Origin: Gammaproteobacteria bacterium
GTDB lineage: Bacteria > Pseudomonadota > Gammaproteobacteria > Poriferisulfidales > Poriferisulfidaceae
Assembly: GCA_026706895.1 (NCBI GenBank)
Contig: JAPOXW010000020.1
Coordinates: 57,329-121,328 of the forward strand
Reading direction: 5' to 3'
DNA: 64,000 nucleotides
Shown: positions 13,418 through 23,539 of the stretch, piece after piece
Layout of the letters: every line of letters starts with the position of its first letter
Position numbering within the stretch: the first letter of the stretch is position 1
Notes under the pieces: generated by a model
The model's database searches: none
Seen by the model: only the letters and a program-made list of their open reading frames with translations
Told to the model about the DNA's origin: nothing
Position numbers and translations under genes: made by a program

Positions 13418-14545
13418 TCAGTCCAACAGTTTTCCGATGATGGCGCGGTAGACCTCGGCCAGCCGGTCGAGGTCCTCGACGGCGACGTGTTCGTCGATCT
13501 TGTGGATGCTGCGGTTGATTGGGCCGAATTCGACCACTTCGGCACCGGTTGGGCGGATAAACCGTCCGTCTGAGGTGCCGCCTTCGGTGCTGAGTTCCGC
13601 TTCCGACCCCAGCACTTCCGATACGGCGTCTTGGCAGATCTGGGTCAGGGTGCCGGGTGGCGTGCGGTAAGGCAGGCTCGCCTCCTGCCATTCAATTTGG
13701 TGCTCGAATCCGGCTTGCTCAAGAATTCCGGCAATTCGCTCTTGCAGTTCTTCGGCAGTGACTTCCGTCGAGTAGCGCAAGTTGAAATCCGTGGTCAGTT
13801 CGCCAGGGACCACGTTGGCGGCACCACATCCGCTGTTGAGGTTGGAAACCTGGAACTGGGTCGGCTGGAAGTCCTCGTTACCCTCGTCCCAGATGGTTTC
13901 GGTCAACTCCATCAGGGCTGGCGCGAACCGATGAATCGGATTGTCGCATAGGGCTGGGTAGGCAATGTGGCCCTGGGTGCCGCGAACCGTCAGCCGTCCG
14001 GACAACGAACCGCGACGGCCATTCTTGATGACGTCGCCAAGCCGTTCGCGGCAACTGGGTTCGCCAACGATGCACCAGGCAGGGATCTCCTGGCGCGCCT
14101 GAAGTTGCTCGACCGTGGCCCGGGTGCCGTGCACGGCCGGGCCTTCCTCGTCGCTGGTCAGCAGCAGGCCGATGGCGCCGGGGTGGCCGGGTCGTTGCAC
14201 GACGTACTGGGCGCAGGCGACCACCATTGCGGCGACGCCGCCCTTCATGTCAGCCGCGCCGCGGCCGTACAGAAGCCCGTCGCGTACCGTCGGGCTGAAG
14301 GGATCGCTGGCCCATTGCTCGAGCGGGCCGGTTGGCACGACATCGGTGTGCCCGGCAAACATCAGCAACGGTTCGCCCTCGCCGTGGCGCAGCCACAGGT
14401 TTTGGACCTCGGCGAACGGCATGGATTCAGCGACGAATCCATGAGGTGCGAGGTACTCGGCGATCAGGTCTTGACAGCCCGCGTCTTCCGGCGTGACCGA
14501 CGGCCGCTCAATCAGTGCGCAGGTGAGATCCAGGACTTCCGACAT
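13418..14545 (-). CDS. dapE: succinyl-diaminopimelate desuccinylase
   Basis: 375 aa M20 peptidase; AGHTDVVP, GRGAADMKGG motifs. Confidence 0.9.
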   Translation of the reverse strand: MSEVLDLTCALIERPSVTPEDAGCQDLIAEYLAPHGFVAESMPFAEVQNLWLRHGEGEPLLMFAGHTDVVPTGPLEQWASDPFSPTVRDGLLYGRGAADMKGGVAAMVVACAQYVVQRPGHPGAIGLLLTSDEEGPAVHGTRATVEQLQARQEIPAWCIVGEPSCRERLGDVIKNGRRGSLSGRLTVRGTQGHIAYPALCDNPIHRFAPALMELTETIWDEGNEDFQPTQFQVSNLNSGCGAANVVPGELTTDFNLRYSTEVTAEELQERIAGILEQAGFEHQIEWQEASLPYRTPPGTLTQICQDAVSEVLGSEAELSTEGGTSDGRFIRPTGAEVVEFGPINRSIHKIDEHVAVEDLDRLAEVYRAIIGKLLD

Positions 14546-14546
14546 G

Positions 14547-14894
14547 CTACTGCTCCAGCGCCTGCGCCCAGGCTGTCTCGTCGAAGCCGACGCTCAACGT
14601 GCCTTCGGCATCGAGAAGCGGGCGCTTCAGCAGGGTGGGATGGGTGAGGAGCAATTCAATAGCGGTCGCGTCGGTTAAGTCGGCGCGTTCGTTCTCCGGC
14701 AGTTGACGCCAGGTCGTGGAGCGACGGTTCAGCAGCGTGTCCATCCCCAGCCGGGCGGCCCAGTCTTCCAGTTGGGTGCGCGTCAGCCCATCGGCACGGG
14801 TGTCGTGGAAGCGGTAATCAACAGCTTGGCGTTCCAGCCACTGACGTGCAGCCCGGACCCGGTCGCAGTTTGGGATGCCATAGACGGTCACCAT
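14547..14894 (-). CDS. ArsC/Spx-family protein (YffB-like)
   Basis: VYGIPNCDRVRAARQWL thioredoxin-like CxxR motif; ATG at 14894 just after dapD stop (TTG at 14900 alternative); typical position between dapD and dapE. Confidence 0.75.
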   Translation of the reverse strand: MVTVYGIPNCDRVRAARQWLERQAVDYRFHDTRADGLTRTQLEDWAARLGMDTLLNRRSTTWRQLPENERADLTDATAIELLLTHPTLLKRPLLDAEGTLSVGFDETAWAQALEQ

Positions 14895-14896
14895 GA

Positions 14897-15724
14897 TCAA
14901 CTATCAGCTGCTTCGCGCAGGAGCGCGTTGATGCCGACCTTGCTGCGGGTCTTCTGATCGACCTGCTTGACGATAACCGCACAAGCCAAGCTGTACTTTC
15001 CATCGGAGGCAGGCAGTGAGCCGGGGACAACCACAGCACCAGCCGGGACCCGGCCGTAGGAGACCTCGTCGCGTGCGCGATCGTAGATCCGAGTACTCTG
15101 GCCGATGAACACGCCCATGGAGATGACCGCGCCGCGCTCGATGATCACGCCTTCTACGATTTCCGAGCGGGCACCGATGAAGCAGTCATCCTCGATGATG
15201 GTGGGGGCGGCCTGCAGTGGCTCCAGCACGCCGCCAATGCCGACGCCGCCGGAGAGATGGACGTTCTTGCCGATCTGGGCGCAGGAGCCGACCGTCGCCC
15301 AGGTGTCCACCATGGTTCCAGAGTCGACGTAAGCCCCGATGTTCACGAAACTCGGCATCAGCACCACGCCGGGCGCGATGAAGCTGCCGAAACGCGCAGT
15401 CGCCGGGGGCACGATGCGCACGCCCCCGCCGTCCAGTTCCTCTTCGCTGCCCAGGGCGAAACGGCCCGCCACCTTGTCGCGGTAGCGGGTGTGTCCGCCG
15501 TCGATGATCTCGTTATCGGTGATGCAGAACGAGAGGAGCACGGCCTTCTTGAGCCACTCGTTGACGACCCAGCTACCGTCGGCAGGTTCGGCGACCCTCA
15601 GGCGGCCGTCGTTGAGGCCTTGCAGGGCTTCCTGCACAGCGTCGCGAACGGGCTCAGGGGCGGAGTCCGGGGTCAGTTGCGCGCGTTCTTGGAACGCCTG
15701 CTCAATGGTGGACTGGAGGCTCAT
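14897..15724 (-). CDS. dapD: 2,3,4,5-tetrahydropyridine-2,6-dicarboxylate N-succinyltransferase
   Basis: 275 aa from ATG 15724 (MSLQSTIEQ...); hexapeptide-repeat LbH region; the 514-aa track ORF is a GC-driven upstream extension. Confidence 0.9.
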   Translation of the reverse strand: MSLQSTIEQAFQERAQLTPDSAPEPVRDAVQEALQGLNDGRLRVAEPADGSWVVNEWLKKAVLLSFCITDNEIIDGGHTRYRDKVAGRFALGSEEELDGGGVRIVPPATARFGSFIAPGVVLMPSFVNIGAYVDSGTMVDTWATVGSCAQIGKNVHLSGGVGIGGVLEPLQAAPTIIEDDCFIGARSEIVEGVIIERGAVISMGVFIGQSTRIYDRARDEVSYGRVPAGAVVVPGSLPASDGKYSLACAVIVKQVDQKTRSKVGINALLREAADS

Positions 15725-15801
15725 GGGAAAAATCCGGGCAAAAGCACGCGCGTATGTTAACAAGAAGACGCGAACGAGGCTTCCGGCAGGCTGCCGATAG
15801 C

Positions 15802-18444
15802 CTATTCGCGCAGGGAATCTCCGAGTTCCTTGATGTGCTGGCGCAGGGTATCGGAGATCTGCATCTGCATCTTGGGGTCGCGAATCGGGCGGGACTCGGC
15901 ATCGGTGACGGTGAACACGTCCTGCACCTGCGCGCCCAGGGTCGTGATCCGCGCTTGGGTGATCCGGACCTGGCACGAGTCGAGGGCCCGGCTGACGGTC
16001 CAAAGCAGGCCCGGATGGTCGGAAGTCGAGAGGTTGATCCGGGTCTCGGGCGGGGTCTCGCGCTGCACAAACTCGATTTCGGTCGGAAGGTCGAAATGCC
16101 GGGTCCGTCGTTTCGGTTGACGCAGCACCGGGCGATCGAAGTCCCCTGGTGCCTGCGCCACGTTCTGCAGGGTCGTGCGCATTTCCTCCAGCGCGTAGCG
16201 TTCGCTGATTGGATGGCCGTCGACATCGGTCACCAGGAAAGTCTGCAGGATGTGGTGGTCGCGGGTCTCGGTGATGCGCGCGTACAGCACGTTCGCGCCG
16301 AGCCGGGCGAGCGCCGCCGTGAGCGGGACGAACAGGCGGGCATGGCTTTCGTCGTAGACCAGCACTTCCGTGCAGTGATGCTCGCCCTGGTGGCGTACGA
16401 ACACCTGGGTCGGGATTCCGGGGTCGCGGCCGACGATGCACTCGGTCTGCCAGGCCAGCTCGTCGTCGGTGTAGTGCAGGAGGTCGCCGTCGGGCAGGGA
16501 GTCCCAGAACCGGTGGCAGGCGGCCAGCTCACCATGGGGAACTTTCGCGAGTGCCGAAGTCTTGAGGTCCTCGATCTGCTGTGCCGCGTCGAACGGCTGG
16601 TCCAGGCCGCGCTGCAACTGCTGGTCGGTCGCGACGTACAGTTGGTACAGCAGTGCTTCGCGCCAGGGCGTCCATAGCGCCGGGTTGGTGCCGCGCAGGT
16701 CGGCGACCGTCAGCAGGAAGAGGCCGCGCAGGCGAACCCCGTTTCCGACCAGCATCGCAAACCGGCTCACCACGTCCGGGTCGCTGATGTCGCGCTTCTG
16801 TGAGGTCATCGACATCTGCAAGTGATGCTCGACCAGCCAGTGAACCATGCCGGCGTCGTAGGCACTCAGATGGTGATCCAGGCAGAACTCCCGGGCGAGC
16901 GCGCTGCCGATGCTGGAATGGTCGCCGTCGCGCCCCTTGCCAATGTCATGGAACAGGACCGCGAGGTACAGCAGTTCGGGCTTGGGGAACTGCAGGAACA
17001 GCTCGCGGTAAAGGGGGTTTTCGCCTTCCCGGACCATCTTGGTGATATGCCGCAACTCGGTCAGCACCCGCAGGGTGTGTTCATCCACCGGGTGGATGTG
17101 GAACAGGTCGTACTGCATCATGCCGACCACCTTCGCGAAGTCCGGCCAGTACCGGCGCAAAACGCCGTAACGGTTCATGCGGCGCAGTTCGCGGGCGACG
17201 TGCTGGGGCTGTCGCAGGATCTCCATGAACAGGCTCTTGGAGGCCAGCCGGGCACGGAAGGCCTCGTCGATCCGATGCAGGTTGGCGCGGGCTGACCGGA
17301 TGGTGTGCGCCCGCACGCCCTCGATTTCAGGGTTTTGCTGCAGCAGCAGGAACAGTTCGAGAAGCCCTTGGGGATGGCGTTCGAAGACCTTCTCGTTGCG
17401 GGTCTCCAGGTAGCCGTCCGAGACTTGGAAATAGGCGTTCAGGGGCCTCGGAGCATTGCGGCTGGACGGTTGCAGGCTCTCGCGGTAATGCTGGCTGAGC
17501 ACCTCGGCGAGACGATCGGTCTCACTGGTCGTGCGGTAGAAGTCCTGCATGAATGACTCGACGGTGTGGTTGACAGTGTCGCCCCGATAGCCGAGCCACT
17601 CGGCGATCGGGCACTGGTAGTTGAACAGCAAGCGTTCTTCGGCCTGGCCGCTGGCCTCGTGCAGGGCGAAACGCACCTGCCACAGGAACCGCTCTCCCTC
17701 GCGCAGCAGTTCCAGTTCTTCCGGCTCGCAGAAATCCGACGGGCTCTCGATGTCTTCGTGCCGCTTCAGGATCCAGTGCAGGGTCTGGATGTCGCGCAGT
17801 CCGCCGGGCCCCTCCTTGATGTTGGGCTCCAGCCGGTAGTTGCTGCCGCCGAATTGCTGGTGGCGGGATTCCTGTTCCGTGACCTTGCCCTGAAAGAACT
17901 GCTCGTGGGTCCACAGGGGTGCCCGGAACAGCCCGATCCGGGGCTCCAGGTTGCCTTCCAGGTCGCGGGCCAACTTGGAATTCCCGCACAGGTGCCTCAT
18001 TTCGAGCCAGCTGGTCATCAGGGTGATGTCGTCGCGGGCATCCTGGCGGCACTGGTGGACGGTGCGCACGCTCTGAGACAACTTCAGCCCGCCGTCCCAC
18101 AGGGCTTGGAAGAACGGGCCCAATTCCTCCGGGGCGCGCCGCCCCCGGTACAGGGCCAGGACGTCGATATCGGAATAGGGGTGCAGTTCGCCCCGGCCGT
18201 AGCCGCCGACCGCGAGTAAAGCGAGATCCTCGATCTCATTCAGCCGATACTCGCGCCACAATACTTGCAGCATCCGGTCGATGAGTTCGGCCCGCGCGTG
18301 AATCAGTTCGGCAATGTCATGGTCCGGGAAGCGTTCCGACAGGAACTGCTGGATCGCCTCGGTCCACTGCTTCCAGCTTGCGGAGCCGGCATCCTGCGGC
18401 GAGGGATGCGCGTTGAGGCAGGCCTGGGCCAGGTCGGTTCTCAC
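15802..18444 (-). CDS. glnD: [protein-PII] uridylyltransferase / uridylyl-removing enzyme
   Basis: 881 aa from GTG 18444, 2 nt overlap with map stop; nucleotidyltransferase motif [18 protein letters not shown] domain, two C-terminal ACT domains; the 1092-aa track ORF includes a spurious extension through map. Confidence 0.85.
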   Translation of the reverse strand: MRTDLAQACLNAHPSPQDAGSASWKQWTEAIQQFLSERFPDHDIAELIHARAELIDRMLQVLWREYRLNEIEDLALLAVGGYGRGELHPYSDIDVLALYRGRRAPEELGPFFQALWDGGLKLSQSVRTVHQCRQDARDDITLMTSWLEMRHLCGNSKLARDLEGNLEPRIGLFRAPLWTHEQFFQGKVTEQESRHQQFGGSNYRLEPNIKEGPGGLRDIQTLHWILKRHEDIESPSDFCEPEELELLREGERFLWQVRFALHEASGQAEERLLFNYQCPIAEWLGYRGDTVNHTVESFMQDFYRTTSETDRLAEVLSQHYRESLQPSSRNAPRPLNAYFQVSDGYLETRNEKVFERHPQGLLELFLLLQQNPEIEGVRAHTIRSARANLHRIDEAFRARLASKSLFMEILRQPQHVARELRRMNRYGVLRRYWPDFAKVVGMMQYDLFHIHPVDEHTLRVLTELRHITKMVREGENPLYRELFLQFPKPELLYLAVLFHDIGKGRDGDHSSIGSALAREFCLDHHLSAYDAGMVHWLVEHHLQMSMTSQKRDISDPDVVSRFAMLVGNGVRLRGLFLLTVADLRGTNPALWTPWREALLYQLYVATDQQLQRGLDQPFDAAQQIEDLKTSALAKVPHGELAACHRFWDSLPDGDLLHYTDDELAWQTECIVGRDPGIPTQVFVRHQGEHHCTEVLVYDESHARLFVPLTAALARLGANVLYARITETRDHHILQTFLVTDVDGHPISERYALEEMRTTLQNVAQAPGDFDRPVLRQPKRRTRHFDLPTEIEFVQRETPPETRINLSTSDHPGLLWTVSRALDSCQVRITQARITTLGAQVQDVFTVTDAESRPIRDPKMQMQISDTLRQHIKELGDSLRE

Positions 18445-19211
18445 GGAAACCGTTCGTCGGGCCGGGCGGTCAGCACCTCGAAGCCGTCCTCGGTGACCAG
18501 GATGGTGTGCTCCCACTGGGCCGACAGGCTGTGGTCGCAAGTGACCACGGTCCACTGGTCCGGCAACAGTCGCACCTGTGGCATCCCGGCGTTGATCATC
18601 GGCTCGATCGTGAAGGTCATGCCGGGCTTCAGCGCCATCCCGGTGCCAGCCTTGCCGTGGTGGAGGACTTGCGGTTCTTCGTGGAATTCGCGCCCGATGC
18701 CATGACCGCAGTATTCGCGCACCACGGACAGGTTTTGGCCCTCCGCAAAGCTCTGGATGACGTGGCCGAGGTCGCCGAGCCGGAGGCCCGGGCGCACCAG
18801 GCAGATGGCCCGGTGCATCGCTTCGTAGGTCAGTTCGACCAGCCGGCGGGCCTGCACGGACGGCTTGCCGAGAAAAAACATGCGGCTGGTGTCGCCGTGG
18901 TAGCCGTCCTTGATGACGGTGACGTCGATGTTGAGGATGTCGCCGCGCTTGAGCTTGCGTTCGGAGGGGATGCCGTGGCAGACCTGGTGGTTGAGCGTGG
19001 TGCAGACGGACTTCGGGAAGCCGAGGTAGTTCAGCGGGGCTGGGATGGCATCCTGTTCCTCCGTGATGTAGCGGTGGCACAGGTCGTTGAGGTAGTCGGT
19101 GGTGACGCCGACTTCGACGTGTTCGGCGATCATTTCCAGCACGTCCGCGGCGAGGCGCCCGGCCGTGCGCATCTTTTCCACTTCTTCGGCGGTCTTGATG
19201 GTGACAGGCAT
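18441..19211 (-). CDS. map: type I methionine aminopeptidase
   Basis: 256 aa; pita-bread fold metal-site residues in conserved context; map-glnD-dapD order as in E. coli. Confidence 0.95.
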   Translation of the reverse strand: MPVTIKTAEEVEKMRTAGRLAADVLEMIAEHVEVGVTTDYLNDLCHRYITEEQDAIPAPLNYLGFPKSVCTTLNHQVCHGIPSERKLKRGDILNIDVTVIKDGYHGDTSRMFFLGKPSVQARRLVELTYEAMHRAICLVRPGLRLGDLGHVIQSFAEGQNLSVVREYCGHGIGREFHEEPQVLHHGKAGTGMALKPGMTFTIEPMINAGMPQVRLLPDQWTVVTCDHSLSAQWEHTILVTEDGFEVLTARPDERFP

Positions 19212-19304
19212 GGTTGGAGGACGCGTCGGGGGCTAGGTCTGCAACAAACTATTATGAGCCATCGGGCCATGTCAGCCACGCCCCGACAGCCTGATTCCAG
19301 TCAA

Positions 19305-19348
19305 TTGATGCACTTATAAGCATCACTTGATGTATAATCTATGCATCA
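19305..19348 (+). promoter_or_regulatory. putative vapBC promoter/operator: two TGATG-N10/11-CATCA palindromes overlapping a TATAAT -10
   Basis: TGATGcacttataagCATCA (19306-19325) and TGATGtataatctatgCATCA (19328-19348) directly upstream of the vapB SD (GGAGG) and ATG. Confidence 0.3.
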
Positions 19349-19367
19349 TATCCGGATGGAGGCTGGC

Positions 19368-19571
19368 ATGCGAACGACACTGAACATCGACGAGACCCTG
19401 CTGGCGCAGGCGCGGTTGCTCACCGACATCGAGTCGAAATCGAAATTGGTTCGCGAGGCGCTGAGGGCGCTGGTGGAGCGAGAGAGTGCCCGCCGGCTCG
19501 CAAAACTGGGCGGCAGCCAGCCTGAACTTCTGGATATTCCGCGCCGCCGTCTCGCCGATGATCCTAGCTGA
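19368..19571 (+). CDS. vapB: type II antitoxin VapB-family (Rv0623-like)
   Basis: 67 aa, MRTTLNIDETLLAQARLLTDIESKSKLVREALRALVERESARRLAKLGG; GGAGG SD; overlaps vapC by 14 nt. Confidence 0.8.
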   Translation: MRTTLNIDETLLAQARLLTDIESKSKLVREALRALVERESARRLAKLGGSQPELLDIPRRRLADDPS

Positions 19572-19929
19572 CACTTCCGTCTGGATCGAGCATTTCCGCG
19601 TCGGCAACGAGGCGTTGGCCCGCCTGCTCGACGAACATCAGGTGTGGGTCCATCCGTTCGTGATTGGCGAGATCGCCTGCGGCAACCTCGAGGATCGCAA
19701 GGAAATCCTGTCGGGGCTCACGCATCTTCCCGCGGTGCCGGTGGCGACGCATTCCGAAGCGCTGTTCTTCTTGGAGCGGAATCGGCTGGCAGGGCTCGGC
19801 ATCGGCTATGTCGATCTGCACCTGCTGGCGTCAGCGTCGCTGGCGCCACCGATGCGGTTGTGGACGCGGGACCGGCGACTCGGGGCGGTGGCGGATGGCA
19901 TGGGCTGCGCCTATGGACGTCACCACTAA
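19558..19929 (+). CDS. vapC: PIN-domain toxin VapC
   Basis: MILADTSVWIEHFR... PIN acidic residues (DTSV, GEIA, DLHLL). Confidence 0.85.
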   Translation: MILADTSVWIEHFRVGNEALARLLDEHQVWVHPFVIGEIACGNLEDRKEILSGLTHLPAVPVATHSEALFFLERNRLAGLGIGYVDLHLLASASLAPPMRLWTRDRRLGAVADGMGCAYGRHH

Positions 19930-19958
19930 AGTAAAGGATTTGACATGCATGTTCTACA

Positions 19959-21515
19959 ATGTGCTTTGTGCCGTTGCATAGACCCGTCAACCGTGCTGGA
20001 ACAGGGCAGATGACTGCTGAAATTGGGCTTCAAATAGAAAATACGGGCCCGTTATCGGTAGTGGACCAAACCCGCCTAGAAGTATCAAGGCGCACTGGTG
20101 CAGAAAAAAAATCATGCCTTGGGCAATTTCTAACACCTGCGAGCACGGCAGCATTTATGGCGGGACTTTTTCCCCGATCTCAAGGGGAATGCCGCTTGCT
20201 TGACGCTGGAGCAGGAATTGGTTCTCTTTCAAGTGCATTTTTGGAAAGGTGCGTAAATGGAGAAATGAAATTCGATGCAGTCCAGATTGCAGCGTTCGAA
20301 ATTGATCCGGCAATCCAAGAAGAACTGCAACGTTCTTTGTCCTACTACACCGAGAAATGTCCTTTATCCTATGAAATCGTCGGCGAAGATTTTGTAGAAG
20401 AGGCAGTCAATTCGATCCAGTTTCAAAAATGCAATTTCACGCACGCTATTCTGAATCCTCCCTACAAGAAGATCCGTAGCAACTCTAGATACCGGGAACT
20501 TACGCGTCAAGTTGGGATTGAGACTGTCAATCTTTATTCCACGTTTGTAGCTTTGGCCATCGCGCTGACCCAACCGAATGGACAGATCGTGGCAATTATC
20601 CCTCGCAGCTTTTGCAACGGGCCTTACTATCGCCCTTTCCGTGAATTTATTTTTGCTCACACTGCCATCCAGCATATACACCTATTCGCATCCCGGGACA
20701 AGGCCTTCAGGGATGATGATGTACTTCAGGAAACGATCATCATCCGGCTTGAGCGAGAGGCTAAACAGGGGTCTGTGACAGTTTCCACATCGACCGACAA
20801 CACTTTTTCCGACCTGACCGAACACACATATCCGTTTGAGCAAATCGTGCAGCCAGATAATTCTGAGCGATTTATTCATATTCCCACTTCTTCGACTATG
20901 GCCACGGGTCTTCCTCCGATCGTTCGCCACACGCTGGATGAATTGGGCATCAAGGTTTCCACTGGACCCGTAGTGGACTTTCGACTGAGGGAACACCTGC
21001 GCGAGATGCCAGGCCCAGATTGCGCCCCCTTGCTCTATCCCGGACACTTCAGCAATGGCGGCATCACATGGCCTGCTACCGGAGAAAAGAAGCGAAATGC
21101 CATTAGGCGCAGTGCCGATACTGAAAAGTGGCTATATCCCTGTGGATTCTATTGCGTGGTCAGGCGCTTTTCATCCAAGGAAGAAAAACGTCGAGTCGTG
21201 GCCAGTGTGGTCGACCCCAGTCCATTTGGCGATGCGGATGCACTCGGTTTTGAGAATCACCTGAACCTGTTCCACGAAAACAAGCGCAGTCTGCCACAAG
21301 CTCTTGCACACGGTCTCGCCGTATTCCTGAATTCGACTCTTGTCGATGACTATTTCAGACGTTTCAGCGGACACACCCAAGTTAATGCCACGGATTTGAA
21401 GTTCATGAAATATCCGAGTCGAGGCATGTTGCTTAAGCTTGGCAAGTGGGCCATGCGGAATGGGAAAATCACTCAAGCCATGATTGATAACCGGATACAT
21501 GCGCTCTTCACATGA
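19959..21515 (+). CDS. type II N6-adenine DNA methyltransferase, BsuBI/PstI-family (gamma class)
   Basis: FLTP (motif X), LLDAGAGIGSL (motif I, AdoMet), ILNPPYKK (motif IV NPPY); ~518 aa like M.PstI/M.BsuBI; lower GC than the flanks; alternative start ATG 20010. Confidence 0.8.
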   Translation: MCFVPLHRPVNRAGTGQMTAEIGLQIENTGPLSVVDQTRLEVSRRTGAEKKSCLGQFLTPASTAAFMAGLFPRSQGECRLLDAGAGIGSLSSAFLERCVNGEMKFDAVQIAAFEIDPAIQEELQRSLSYYTEKCPLSYEIVGEDFVEEAVNSIQFQKCNFTHAILNPPYKKIRSNSRYRELTRQVGIETVNLYSTFVALAIALTQPNGQIVAIIPRSFCNGPYYRPFREFIFAHTAIQHIHLFASRDKAFRDDDVLQETIIIRLEREAKQGSVTVSTSTDNTFSDLTEHTYPFEQIVQPDNSERFIHIPTSSTMATGLPPIVRHTLDELGIKVSTGPVVDFRLREHLREMPGPDCAPLLYPGHFSNGGITWPATGEKKRNAIRRSADTEKWLYPCGFYCVVRRFSSKEEKRRVVASVVDPSPFGDADALGFENHLNLFHENKRSLPQALAHGLAVFLNSTLVDDYFRRFSGHTQVNATDLKFMKYPSRGMLLKLGKWAMRNGKITQAMIDNRIHALFT

Positions 21516-22462
21516 GTAGTGGAAACGACCACATTCAGGCAGCGCAGGAAATCATCATCTTCCTAGGTTTGCTAAAGGCTCAGCAGAACGAGCGTTCAGC
21601 ATTATGTTTGTTGGCGTTGTTGAATTTAACCCCAGATAAAACATGGGCCGAATCGGAAAGCCCGCATATGGGCATTACTCCCATTATGGACTGGACGAGG
21701 GAACATTACGGCAGAGACTACGCTCCGAACACTCGGGAGACATTTCGGCGTCAAACGATGCATCAGTTTTGTGATGCGGGAATCGCCCTGTATAACCCAG
21801 ATGATCCTGATCGTCCGGTGAATAGCCCTAAAGCAGTTTATCAAGTTGCGCCAGCCGCTTTGGATTTGCTACGCCTGTATGAAACTTCTGCATGGGATGA
21901 TGCCCTTATATCCTATTTGGATAGGCATCCAACGCTCATGAGTCGCTATGAGAAAAAGCGCGAACAAAATCTTGTCTCCGTCACAATTCCACCAAATCAA
22001 GAGATAACCTTCAGCCCCGGCAATCACAGCAAACTTATTCGAGGAGTTATAGAGGAATTTGCCCCACGTTTTGCGCCGGGAAGCGTTTTGATTTACGCCG
22101 GTGACACTGGCAACAAGTGGGCTTATTGCGATACCGCCCTTATGGGCGAACTCGGTATTGATGTTGATTTACACGGCAAAATGCCTGACGTGATGTTGCA
22201 TTATGCTGAAAAGAATTGGTTGTTTTTGGTCGAGGCCGTTACCAGCCACGGACCGGTGGACGGCAAGCGTTATGAAGAATTAGCCGAACTCTGTTCCGGA
22301 GTCAAAGCCGGTCTGGTATATGTAACGGCCTTTCCCGACCGTTCTTCCATGCGAAAATTTCTTCCTGAAATTGCTTGGGAAACAGAAGCTTGGGTTGCTG
22401 ATTCTCCGTCTCACCTGATGCATTTCAATGGTACTCGTTTTCTTGGCCCTCATGACAGGTGA
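21512..22462 (+). CDS. BsuBI/PstI-family type II restriction endonuclease
   Basis: 316 aa, ATG overlaps the MTase stop (ATGA); size and position downstream of a PstI-type MTase match the BsuBI/PstI REase family; low GC. Confidence 0.65.
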   Translation: MSSGNDHIQAAQEIIIFLGLLKAQQNERSALCLLALLNLTPDKTWAESESPHMGITPIMDWTREHYGRDYAPNTRETFRRQTMHQFCDAGIALYNPDDPDRPVNSPKAVYQVAPAALDLLRLYETSAWDDALISYLDRHPTLMSRYEKKREQNLVSVTIPPNQEITFSPGNHSKLIRGVIEEFAPRFAPGSVLIYAGDTGNKWAYCDTALMGELGIDVDLHGKMPDVMLHYAEKNWLFLVEAVTSHGPVDGKRYEELAELCSGVKAGLVYVTAFPDRSSMRKFLPEIAWETEAWVADSPSHLMHFNGTRFLGPHDR

Positions 22463-22612
22463 CAGGCTGCAAACCCATAAAAGAGCTATACAAAATTGAT
22501 TCTCAAGGCGAATTTAATTATAATAAGTGCCCGGCATGAGCCGGGCCATCAATCCTTAACTATAGAGTCGCGTAACGCTTTGGTAACTAGCGGCATGATT
22601 GAGCGGTAGTCG

Positions 22613-23539
22613 ATGCCAATTCCCGACTTTCAGTCACTGATGCTACCCACCCTCAAGGCATTTAATGCCAGTGAGGAGATGCCGTTGTCGGAGGTCCGCA
22701 AGCAGGTCAAAGACGCCGAGGGGCTATCTGCTGAGGATATCCGGGAAATGCTTTCGAGTGGCCGACAGACAAAGTTCGCAAACCGTGTGAATTGGGCTGT
22801 GACCTACATGGAGCGCGCCCATCTTCTTGCTCGGGTTCGCCGTGGTGTGTACCGGTTGACGCAAGAAGGTAAGCGCTTGCTTGTTCAGGCACCTTCACGC
22901 ATCGACATCAACTTGCTTGGAGAATACCCTGATTTTGCCGAATGGCGGCAACGAGCAAACACGTCGCCTCGCGGCAAGGATGAGGGGACTAAGCAAAACG
23001 ATAACATTATCGAGACACCAGAGGAAGTGCTGGAAAGAGTTGTACAGCAATTGCGCAGCGAGCTGGAAGCGGATGTGCTGAGTCGGGTTCGTGATGCAGA
23101 GTCAAGTTTTCTTGAGCAGATTGTTGTCGACTTGCTGATCGCGATGGGCTACGGTGGTGGCGATGCCGCGAGAGGCCAAGTAACTGGACGTTCGGGCGAT
23201 GGGGGGATTGACGGCACGATTCGGGAAGATGCGCTCGGTTTGGACGAAGTTTATGTGCAGGCGAAAAGGAACAAAGACGGCAACACTGTGGGCGAAGGAG
23301 ATCTGCGCAATTTTGCTGGAGCGATTGATGCTGTGGGCACAACCAAAGGCGTGTTCGTTACTACGGCTGATTTTACGCGCGCTGCGAGAGAATACGTATC
23401 GCGAAGTCCGAAACGAATCATTCTGGTCGATGGTGCGGAACTTGCCCGCCTGATGGTCCAGCACGGGATTGGAGTACGTACACGAGTTCAAGAGGTCAAG
23501 CAGATCGACGAAGACTACTTCGATCAGGAAGCGATATAA
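22613..23539 (+). CDS. mrr: Mrr-family type IV (modification-dependent) restriction endonuclease
   Basis: 308 aa; N-terminal winged-helix Mrr_N, C-terminal Mrr_cat core (DLLIAMGYGG...GDGGIDG...VYVQAKR). Confidence 0.8.
   Translation: MPIPDFQSLMLPTLKAFNASEEMPLSEVRKQVKDAEGLSAEDIREMLSSGRQTKFANRVNWAVTYMERAHLLARVRRGVYRLTQEGKRLLVQAPSRIDINLLGEYPDFAEWRQRANTSPRGKDEGTKQNDNIIETPEEVLERVVQQLRSELEADVLSRVRDAESSFLEQIVVDLLIAMGYGGGDAARGQVTGRSGDGGIDGTIREDALGLDEVYVQAKRNKDGNTVGEGDLRNFAGAIDAVGTTKGVFVTTADFTRAAREYVSRSPKRIILVDGAELARLMVQHGIGVRTRVQEVKQIDEDYFDQEAI

Noticed and set aside
15802-19080. 1092-aa minus-strand ORF suggesting a giant GlnD, and similar long N-terminal extensions on dapD (14897-16441), lpxB (37562-38926), gnnA (39797-41110), kdsC (60805-61479), kdsD (61272-62411), pheT (3958-), pyrH (25417-), dxr (28228-) and dnaE (41361-)
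   Set aside because: The extensions are GC-driven open frames running into the upstream gene (for example through map). Conserved N-termini and in-frame ATG/GTG starts that overlap or abut the upstream stop give the shorter gene models.
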